Assembly (NCBI GenBank): GCA_000091165.1
Contig: FP565575.1
Location: forward strand, 2,550,001-2,582,000
DNA: 32,000 nt
From: Candidatus Methylomirabilis oxygeniifera
Lineage (GTDB): Bacteria > Methylomirabilota > Methylomirabilia > Methylomirabilales > Methylomirabilaceae
Reading direction: 5' to 3'
Made by a program: the position numbers and the translations under genes. How positions within the stretch are numbered: position 1 is the first letter of the stretch; every line of letters begins with the position of its first letter. The notes under the pieces are model-generated. The model was not told where the DNA came from. It did not search any database and saw only the letters and a program-made list of their open reading frames with translations. Below are positions 18,760-25,717 of this stretch, in pieces.

Positions 18760-18867
18760 CCCCCCTGACCCCCCTTTCCTAAAAAAGGGGGGGATTTTTC
18801 AGGTGTGCCTTTCTCAAAAAGGGGGATATTTTTCACCTCCCCCTTTCGTAAAGGGGGATTGCGGGGG
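18760..18867. repeat. C-run/G-run hairpin cluster (three hairpins of one design)
   Basis: C6-tga, then three hairpins: CCCCCCTTT-cctaaa-AAAGGGGGG (18769-18792), CCTTT-ctcaa-AAAGG (18808-18822, degenerate) and CCCCCTTT-cgt-AAAGGGGG (18839-18857). Each is followed by a T-run on the + strand. No gene ends here on either strand. Confidence 0.85.
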
Positions 18868-18878
18868 TTTTCGTACAC

Positions 18879-18929
18879 CGGGATGCGGCATGGCCTCATG
18901 GGGCGTTCCACCAAGACTTCCGCATCCCG
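18879..18929. repeat. 10-bp perfect inverted repeat CGGGATGCGG / CCGCATCCCG with 31-nt loop
   Basis: Read directly from the sequence. It lies 70-120 nt upstream of the proC -35 box. Function unknown. Confidence 0.5.
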
Positions 18930-18998
18930 CATCGGTGGTCCCCACCATATACCGTAATTTGCCGATCCTCGCAAGGAGTAGTTGGGGGGCGAATCCCC

Positions 18999-19027
18999 TT
19001 GACTCGCTCCGGGTTTGACGCTATAAG
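18999..19027 (+). promoter_or_regulatory. Sigma70-type promoter for proC-yggT-yggU
   Basis: TTGACT (18999-19004), 17-nt spacer, TATAAG (19022-19027), about 32 nt upstream of the proC ATG. Confidence 0.5.
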
Positions 19028-19059
19028 ACGAAAGGCCATTAGGACAGAAGGAGCACAGC

Positions 19060-19875
19060 ATGCTGCAAGGTCGGACCATTGGGTTCATCGGGGCGGGCAA
19101 TATGGCCGAGGCGATGATCCGCGGCCTGCTTGAAGCGAAGCTGGTAACGGCGGACCAGCTTATCGCCTCGGATATCGTCGAGGCGAAGCGACAGCAGATC
19201 CATCTTCGCTATGGCATCCGGACCGTGGCCGAGGGCCGCGATGCAGGGCTGAAGGCATCGATCCTGATCTTGGCCGTCAAGCCACAGGACATGGAGGCGG
19301 CGCTGCAGGGGATCGCCGCGTCTGTGGATGAGACCAGGACGATTATCTCGGTTGCGGCCGGCATTACGATCGCCTTCATCGCCGAGCGCCTGCCCGCCAG
19401 GACGCGGATCGTGCGCGCCATGCCCAATGCGCCTGCCCTGGTTCTGGCAGGCGCCGCCGGTATTGCGAAGGGTGAGCATGCGACAGCCGAAGACCTGCAG
19501 ATTGCAGAGGCGATCTTCGCCGCGGTCGGGAAAGCGGTCGTGGTCGAGGAAAAGCACCTGGATGCCGTGACGGGACTGAGCGGTAGCGGTCCTGCCTACG
19601 TATTTCTGTTCATTGAAGCGCTGGCGGATGCCGGTGTGAAGGTGGGGCTTACACGGGATGTCGCCGGACTACTGGCCGCTCAAACTGTCCTCGGTGCCGC
19701 CAGGATGGTTCTTGAGAGCGGGCGCCATCCGGCGGAGCTGAAGGATATCGTTGCATCTCCAGGCGGAACGACCATTGCCGGGCTGTATGCCCTGGAACGC
19801 GGCGGATTACGTGGGACCCTCATGGAGGCGGTAGAAGCAGCCACGATTCGATCTCGGGAACTAGGCAGGAGATAG
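19060..19875 (+). CDS. proC: Pyrroline-5-carboxylate reductase
   Basis: 271 aa; N-terminal Rossmann GFIGAGNMAEAMIRGL; C-terminal SPGGTTIAGL motif. Confidence 0.94.
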   Translation: MLQGRTIGFIGAGNMAEAMIRGLLEAKLVTADQLIASDIVEAKRQQIHLRYGIRTVAEGRDAGLKASILILAVKPQDMEAALQGIAASVDETRTIISVAAGITIAFIAERLPARTRIVRAMPNAPALVLAGAAGIAKGEHATAEDLQIAEAIFAAVGKAVVVEEKHLDAVTGLSGSGPAYVFLFIEALADAGVKVGLTRDVAGLLAAQTVLGAARMVLESGRHPAELKDIVASPGGTTIAGLYALERGGLRGTLMEAVEAATIRSRELGRR

Positions 19876-19880
19876 TCACG

Positions 19881-20183
19881 ATGCCGTTTGTCGCTAACTT
19901 CATCGCTGCATTTGCGTCTATCCTGAGTACGGTGTTGACGGTCTATACATGGATGTTTATCATCCGGGCGCTGCTCTCCTGGGTCAACCCTGACCCCTGG
20001 AACCCGATCGTTCAGTTCCTTGCTCGTGCGACCGACCCGGTGCTGCGGCCGATTCAACAACTGATACCGATGTGGCGATTAGGCATAGATATTTCCCCCA
20101 TCATTGCGATTCTGGCGCTCCAGTTCGTCCAGCGGTGGTTTATCCCTTCCCTCCAGGAGATCGCCTGGAACCTTAGCCAATGA
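19881..20183 (+). CDS. yggT: YggT-family membrane protein
   Basis: 100 aa with two TM segments; IIRALLSWVNPDPWNPIVQFLARATDPVLRPIQ is the YggT signature. Conserved proC-yggT linkage. Confidence 0.85.
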   Translation: MPFVANFIAAFASILSTVLTVYTWMFIIRALLSWVNPDPWNPIVQFLARATDPVLRPIQQLIPMWRLGIDISPIIAILALQFVQRWFIPSLQEIAWNLSQ

Positions 20184-20488
20184 TTCTGGTTCGGCAGGAG
20201 GGCGCGGCTGCCTCCTTTCGTGTCCGCCTGCAGCCGAAGGCATCCCGTGAAGCGATTGACGGAGAGGTTGACGGTGTTCTGCGGCTTCGAGTGAACGCGC
20301 CGCCGGTGGAAGGACAGGCCAACGACGCCTGTCTCCGCCTGCTGGCCAAGACGCTTGATCTGCCGATCTCTCGTCTTGGAATTGTCGCCGGTCAGCAGGC
20401 CCGCGTGAAAACCATCCGGGTGACCGATGCCTCCGCCGATCTCCTGCGCACTGCACTCAACAACCTGCTCGAGCACCCTCACGACTAG
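20180..20488 (+). CDS. DUF167 (YggU-family) protein
   Basis: The start overlaps the yggT stop (ATGA). 102 aa; LRLRVNAPPVEGQANDACLRLLAKTL is typical of DUF167. Confidence 0.85.
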   Translation: MILVRQEGAAASFRVRLQPKASREAIDGEVDGVLRLRVNAPPVEGQANDACLRLLAKTLDLPISRLGIVAGQQARVKTIRVTDASADLLRTALNNLLEHPHD

Positions 20489-20641
20489 CTCCTCAGCAAA
20501 GGTTCTGGCACAAAACGATACTTTGTAGCCGCAAGGTTCGGGATAATTTGAGGGACTTCTGCGGTAACGCTGTCAGGTAAACTACCCATCCGATCAACAC
20601 ATCGTTGATCATACGCCCAGGTTGGGCGGTTGACGCGGGAC

Positions 20642-21910
20642 CTAATTTTTGGAGATATGAAACGCCCCATGTATTCTTCGCCAGGTTCCATCCCTCCACA
20701 GCAACTGGAGACGCCGGTTGAGGTATCTCAGGGGACGATACACGTAGTAGAAAGGCAACAACCATGAACGATTCACGTGGTAGACCGAACGTAAGTAGCT
20801 GGGCGAGGGGCACAATATCCACTTGACAATAAGTGCCCGAGAGCGCCAACCTCCACCGATCTGAATCAGGCGATTCAGATCAAGCCGGGAACCTGCGAGG
20901 GCTGCCGACAAAGCGGTCTCGCATCCAATCGCGTCGGTTTGTGAGGCGGCGTCCCAAAGGCGATCCAGAGCGGCTTGAGGGACCGGGGCGTTGAGTTCTT
21001 CGACTAAATAGTCCAGCGTGACTGACAGAGGCAGCGCGAGGCGGCTCTGGACCGCGCTCTCCGTCACGACTTGCCAGTCCAGATTCGGATATCGAGCCAC
21101 GAGATTCCAAGCGTCCGGAACCCAGCGCAGCGACTCACGACTGGCCGGACAAGAAGCAGCCTGGATACACACGTGCACAAGATTGTCGGCCGGAGAAAGG
21201 ACGTGGGCAGGAACCCCTGCGATGGACTGCCTCCGTCTGCGTCTCCACAGGTGTTCGAACGGCGCATCATACTGCGGCACACGAAACAGACGCCGGTGCA
21301 GCAGAAGCGGAAGCCCTGAATCGTGTATCCATGTGGCCGGTCTCGTCTCGGGATCTTCTGCCTCTCCGGAGCGGCGATATCCCATGGGAGGCAGGAGCGA
21401 CGCCGCACGCATGAGGTCGTCATCGGTCGGCAAGAGGATGTCGATATCGTGGCAGTGTCGAAGCACGGGATCAGCGTAAACCGTATCGGCAAGCGCAGCC
21501 CCCTTGCACACGATATATGACACATCGTGAGCGTTTAACGTGGAAAGGACGTCTCGAAGGATACGACGATAGATGTTGCTGCGCAGTTCTTCTCTGACAT
21601 ATGCGGTTCGAAAATGGGTGCGAAGTGCCGTGTCTACCGCAATGTCGTTGCGGCGAAGCGCCGCTAGGAGCAGCGGAACCAGCGTCTTCAGCCCTTGTTT
21701 ACTCTTGAGCAGCGCGTGGACCGGATCGTCTACCAGCGTACGGTACACATCCCAGCCCCGGCGTCCCGATTCACCCGAGTACAGACAGGCGCGCAATAAC
21801 CATGTGTGCTCCGGCGCCGGCAGGATGACTGAGAGCGCATGCGACAGGGCTGACTTCAAGACGGGTGTCTTCCCTCCTATGACCGTGGCCGGCCTCTCAT
21901 CGGTCCGCAC
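20642..21910 (-). CDS. Nucleotidyltransferase-family protein (NTP_transf_5 / PF14907-like), last gene of accessory operon
   Basis: 422 aa; GTG start overlaps the GT2 gene end by 14 nt. The motif GAALADTVYADPVLRHCHDIDILLPTDDDL resembles the 'uncharacterised nucleotidyltransferase' family (from memory). Paralogue of 25718-26794. Confidence 0.75.
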   Translation of the reverse strand: MRTDERPATVIGGKTPVLKSALSHALSVILPAPEHTWLLRACLYSGESGRRGWDVYRTLVDDPVHALLKSKQGLKTLVPLLLAALRRNDIAVDTALRTHFRTAYVREELRSNIYRRILRDVLSTLNAHDVSYIVCKGAALADTVYADPVLRHCHDIDILLPTDDDLMRAASLLPPMGYRRSGEAEDPETRPATWIHDSGLPLLLHRRLFRVPQYDAPFEHLWRRRRRQSIAGVPAHVLSPADNLVHVCIQAASCPASRESLRWVPDAWNLVARYPNLDWQVVTESAVQSRLALPLSVTLDYLVEELNAPVPQAALDRLWDAASQTDAIGCETALSAALAGSRLDLNRLIQIGGGWRSRALIVKWILCPSPSYLRSVYHVNRSWLLPFYYVYRPLRYLNRRLQLLWRDGTWRRIHGAFHISKN

Positions 21911-22682
21911 AACCCGACGAGCCGTTCTCAGCGTCCTGGACTGACGGTTGCGCGTGTGACCCTTTGACCTCGGGCTGAGAAGGCGCTGCCCTCATGGGAC
22001 GACGCCGGCGATCAAGGGCGGCCTTCAGGATATGCAGGTATTCCTCTCGACTGTCGGTGGCTTGGCGGCGACTGATGTTAGAGCGATGGATGCGGTGATA
22101 CGCGAGCACGTCGGGCAACAACTCGACGACTGCCCGATGCTCAATCGCACGGATAAACCATTCCGTGTCGTCTGCATGCCATAACGTCGCATTGAACCGA
22201 CCCACCGCATTAAAGAGGGCGGATCGCACCAAAAGTGAGCCGGTGAAATACCCGGGCATCGGCTGACTACGACGGTGGTTCCTGTAACGTGCGGCCTCTT
22301 CGATGAGTTCAGGAATCCAGAAATTCTGTACATACGTGATACACAGGTCAAGGTCTGGACGAGCCTGGAATCGAGACATCTGGCGGGTCAACTTCTCCGG
22401 GTGCCACAGGTCATCCGCATCGAGAAAGCCCACAAACTCACCATGCGCCGCACGCAGTCCAAGATTCCGCGCGGCTGCGGGTCCCGAGTTGGCCTGCCAC
22501 AGATAATGGACCTGATCACCGAAGCCGGCCACGATCGCCGCTGTCCCGTCGGTCGAGCCATCGTCAGCGACGATAATCTCCAGTGGCCGGTAGGTCTGCG
22601 CCCGGATACTCTCTAACGCCTCGCGCAAGTAGCGTTCGCCGTTGAGGACGGGGATGATGCAACTCACCAAACTCGGTGTCAT
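21897..22682 (-). CDS. Family 2 glycosyltransferase
   Basis: 261 aa; VSCIIPVLNGERYLREALESIRAQTY...IIVADDGSTDGT...FLDADD (DxD). ATG overlaps the kinase stop (ATGA). Confidence 0.88.
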   Translation of the reverse strand: MTPSLVSCIIPVLNGERYLREALESIRAQTYRPLEIIVADDGSTDGTAAIVAGFGDQVHYLWQANSGPAAARNLGLRAAHGEFVGFLDADDLWHPEKLTRQMSRFQARPDLDLCITYVQNFWIPELIEEAARYRNHRRSQPMPGYFTGSLLVRSALFNAVGRFNATLWHADDTEWFIRAIEHRAVVELLPDVLAYHRIHRSNISRRQATDSREEYLHILKAALDRRRRPMRAAPSQPEVKGSHAQPSVQDAENGSSGCADR

Positions 22683-23821
22683 ATCCGCGTTACTTCAGCC
22701 AACAGGTCGTCGACACGATGGGGGATCTCGGTAAGATCACGCCCCAGCTCCAGCCAGTAACTTGGCACGCGCTCGACCAATCGAGCCAGCATCTGGAGGT
22801 CGCGCACTCCAGGCCGTGGCGCCAGCGTCAGAAGAGAGCTGGGTGCAAGCCGCAGCAGGGCATCGACCTTGGACGCAGGACGGCATCGCGTCGTATGGGC
22901 ATCCACGATGCGGGGAATCGCCAGGACGCGGATGGGGACACTACGCGGGAGTTGCTTTGGAAAAAGAGGTGCAAGCAGAACGAGACATTTGTTTTCCTCG
23001 GGACGACTACTGCGAATGGCATGCGGAGGAAGGAGTGGGAAGTGTGCCATATGGTCCGGCTCCAACCAGGTAGAATTGTACAGGCTGTGACCTATGAAAG
23101 AGCCGTCCGCCAGAACCTGCAAGCCGGTATAGTCATCGCCAAGGTAATCAAAGCCGCCAACCAGACAGGCCAATGTCGAGGTGGACTTGCCCGATCCACC
23201 CATGCCGGGAAAGAGCACGCCGCGGCCGTTTCGGGAAACCAGGCCGGAATGGATCACCCGCATATCTCGGTCGTGATACCACAAGGATAAAAGCAGGAGC
23301 AGCGGTTTCCCACGTTCGTAGAGCGAGAGAGCCTTGCTGGATACCGTCCAACCCACTACGTGCTGAGCCTTCCTATCAAGCCATGTTCTTGATTGCCGAA
23401 GTCCATGTCCGACAAAGCGACCATCGGCAGAGGCCGTCAAGATCCCGTTTCCCACATCCCATGTCGACCCGATATGATCATGTGCCGGAACAACCGGACA
23501 AGGGATACCCGAGTCCTGCTCATCCCACAGGTCAATGGCAAGCTGCGTGGCGGACGGCGGCGCCCCACTGGCCTCCAGATGGGCAATTGGGCGACGGAAA
23601 TGTTGAGCGAGTTCGCGCCCGACAATACGAACGCGCACCTTCAGGTCGGCGAAGCGATACTGGGCTTCGCAGACATCATTCGGATTGTTGAAGGCGGCCT
23701 TCGCAAATGCCGTCTCCATGGCGGCAAACGCGCCCTTACCGTGTTGCGCAATCGATAAGTCCGGCGCCCCCGTACCGCCGATGCGTCCCGGTTGCCCTGT
23801 TGTCTCCTTCATGCCCGACAT
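22679..23821 (-). CDS. HPr-kinase-related P-loop kinase (HprK-related kinase A-like)
   Basis: 380 aa. The C-terminal half carries VIHSGLVSRNGRGVLFPGMGGSGKSTSTLA, that is beta-strand, Gly-rich turn and Walker A as in the HprK/P catalytic domain. The N-terminal 190 aa or so are unassigned. It starts 11 nt after the PqqD-like gene. Confidence 0.75.
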   Translation of the reverse strand: MSGMKETTGQPGRIGGTGAPDLSIAQHGKGAFAAMETAFAKAAFNNPNDVCEAQYRFADLKVRVRIVGRELAQHFRRPIAHLEASGAPPSATQLAIDLWDEQDSGIPCPVVPAHDHIGSTWDVGNGILTASADGRFVGHGLRQSRTWLDRKAQHVVGWTVSSKALSLYERGKPLLLLLSLWYHDRDMRVIHSGLVSRNGRGVLFPGMGGSGKSTSTLACLVGGFDYLGDDYTGLQVLADGSFIGHSLYNSTWLEPDHMAHFPLLPPHAIRSSRPEENKCLVLLAPLFPKQLPRSVPIRVLAIPRIVDAHTTRCRPASKVDALLRLAPSSLLTLAPRPGVRDLQMLARLVERVPSYWLELGRDLTEIPHRVDDLLAEVTRI

Positions 23822-23832
23822 ACTGTCCGTGG

Positions 23833-24285
23833 TTAACCTGTTGACCTATCGGTAGATTCTTTCCAGGGGATTTCATTGAAGCTCGGCATGGGTGGATCAA
23901 GCGCAAGAAGCTCGCTCATATCACGATAGATGTTGAGCTGTGGCGATTCATAGACTAGTCTCGACTCGGGGTGTCTTTCCTCACTGACCTGAGGCGGCCG
24001 CACATCATCCGCAACGGTGATCAAGCCTTCCGAAATGAGCTCCTCCACCACCCGCTTGACATCGGCCTGTACCTGTTCTGCCGAAACATCATAGCGCGCG
24101 CTTGCGGCAGCGGCAGCCTCTGCAAGACTATGACCCCCTGTGATTATCGCCCACAGAAAACCTCCAACCTTATCCATACTGTAATACACCCCGGTGGACA
24201 GGTTGATCATAATCGCCTCTCCATCGAGGACCTGAGCAGTGACCTCTGTATCATTGAGGCGAAAGCGACTTTGCAACGTCAACAT
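23833..24285 (-). CDS. PqqD-family (RRE-type) protein with 59-aa C-terminal extension
   Basis: ATG 24285 is preceded by GGGAGG at 6-nt spacing; the ORF-track start 24411 would run 160 nt into the GT4 gene. Residues 1-91 look like PqqD: FRLNDTEVTAQVLDGEAIMINLSTGVYYSMDKVGGFLWAII..SLAEAAAAASARYDVSAEQVQADVKRVVEELISEGLI. 150 aa. Confidence 0.75.
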   Translation of the reverse strand: MLTLQSRFRLNDTEVTAQVLDGEAIMINLSTGVYYSMDKVGGFLWAIITGGHSLAEAAAAASARYDVSAEQVQADVKRVVEELISEGLITVADDVRPPQVSEERHPESRLVYESPQLNIYRDMSELLALDPPMPSFNEIPWKESTDRSTG

Positions 24286-25396
24286 GAATAGCCTCCCGAG
24301 TGAGTTCCCCGTAAAGCGCGGCATAGGCATCCACACAGCGTTCCCAGCAGAACATCTTGCGCGCCCAACGACGCCCCGCTTGGCCCATCTGAGCAGCCAT
24401 GTTCCGGTCAATAATCAGAGCTGAAATCGCCTCAGCGAGGGCCTTACTATCGTCTGGCTCGACAAGCAGTCCGGTCTCGTTGTGCGCCACGACCTCCGGA
24501 AGTCCGCCGACGCGTGTGGCCACGATAGGGCGAGCCATTAGGGCCGCCTCCAGGGCCACCAGTCCGAATCCCTCACGCCGAGACGGCATCACGACAACCG
24601 TGGTGGTGTTCATCAGACCCGGCACCTTGTGCGGAGCTACCCATCCAATGAAATCGACGGACTCAGCAAGCCCAAGTTCGGCTGTCTGCCGCTCCAATGC
24701 GGGTCGTGCAGGCCCATTCCCCGCAATGATGAGACGAGCACGAGGGAAAGCATCGCGTAACAACGCAAAAGCCTCTAACGCTAAATCAAATCCTTTTTCT
24801 TCAGAGAGTCGCCCCAGACACAGTAATCGTGGGGCGCCATGCGGCAGGGGCTCCGGAGAGACGGCAGGCACGTCCATGGCGTTATAAATAAGGGAGGAGC
24901 GGGGGATGATCTCCGGCACCTGCCGGCGGGATTCCGCAAGAACGGCTGCCGAGTTGGCGGTGACCCAATCGGCATTACGTAGCGCCTGTTCTACTAACGT
25001 ATCACGCCCGGTAACGTGAATCGGAAAGGATGCGTGTTTGGTCAGCAGTACCGGCGCTGAGTATGTCGTAGCGGTAGCCAAGTGAAAGAACACGGTTGGT
25101 CCGCTGAAGTTGATATGAATCACATCCGGCTTGAAGTGTTGCTTGAGGCTGGCGACTCGTTGCCGCACCTCTATCAACTGACGCAGGCCGCTTGGCGCCA
25201 GCGCTTCAAAGAAGGGGAAGCGGAACACGGGAATCCCCTTGTAGTGATCTTCGTCCGGCAGACTCAAGCCATCGTGGGCCGTCACGACAATAACCTCATG
25301 GCCGCGCGTCCGAAACGCCTGAACTAATCTTGTGGCTATAACCTCGACTCCCCCAATGTAGGGCCAAAACTTTTCCGACCAGTACATGACGCGCAT
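24251..25396 (-). CDS. Family 4 (GT-B, GT1-superfamily) glycosyltransferase, first gene of accessory operon
   Basis: 381 aa; ATG 25396 after GGAGAAAGA. C-terminal domain VVMPSRREGFGLVALEAALMARPIVATRVGGLPEVV...GLLVEPDD is the classic GT4 E-x7-E region. Confidence 0.88.
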   Translation of the reverse strand: MRVMYWSEKFWPYIGGVEVIATRLVQAFRTRGHEVIVVTAHDGLSLPDEDHYKGIPVFRFPFFEALAPSGLRQLIEVRQRVASLKQHFKPDVIHINFSGPTVFFHLATATTYSAPVLLTKHASFPIHVTGRDTLVEQALRNADWVTANSAAVLAESRRQVPEIIPRSSLIYNAMDVPAVSPEPLPHGAPRLLCLGRLSEEKGFDLALEAFALLRDAFPRARLIIAGNGPARPALERQTAELGLAESVDFIGWVAPHKVPGLMNTTTVVVMPSRREGFGLVALEAALMARPIVATRVGGLPEVVAHNETGLLVEPDDSKALAEAISALIIDRNMAAQMGQAGRRWARKMFCWERCVDAYAALYGELTREAIHVDVAKSLSPQ

Positions 25397-25717
25397 TCTT
25401 TCTCCGGGCTTCCCCGCATCGCTACACCGGTTCCGGTTCCGTCATCCGGCGCCGGCGCTCACTGCATGCCCACCCCGTCCGATACCGCCGAGGCGATCAG
25501 GCGTAAACGTATCATAGTGATCATGATGCCACAAGCCCAGCTTTCTCAATCATGCGGCAGGACTTGAACCTCTCTTGCGGATTCCGGTTGACGGGCGTAT
25601 TGGCGGCGGAGTACCTTCAGTTACGGATAATCGTGAGCTATACCCGTGCCGGATAGGCGCCTTCTCGACGAACGCGCTTGATCTCCACGGTGTTGAGGGG
25701 ACTCACCCGCTGACTCA

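Noticed and set aside
18769-18857. Interpreting the three hairpin + T-run structures as ordinary intrinsic terminators.
   Set aside because: No annotated gene on either strand ends upstream of them, because they sit between two divergent start codons. They are kept as a repeat or regulatory candidate rather than annotated as terminators.
18656-19100. ORFs of 120 aa on both strands across the thrB-proC spacer (translations contain PPFLKKGG, PPFVKGD).
   Set aside because: They are read through the C-run/G-run hairpin repeats; the peptide motifs are simply the translated palindromes. No SD, and overlap with promoter and repeat sequence.
20592-20610. Palindrome GATCAAC-acatc-GTTGATC between the convergent yggU and nucleotidyltransferase genes, as a bidirectional terminator.
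   Set aside because: AT-rich 7-bp stem with no flanking T or A runs; too weak to call.
20485-20691. 68-aa minus-strand ORF (MEPGEEYMGRFISPKIRSRVNRPTWAYDQRCVDRMGSLPDSVT...) at the 3' end of the accessory operon, as a possible substrate peptide.
   Set aside because: Its start lies inside the nucleotidyltransferase coding region in another frame. There is no SD before either Met, third-position GC is low compared with real genes here, and its end overlaps the convergent yggU stop. It cannot be excluded without comparative data, but it is not supportable.
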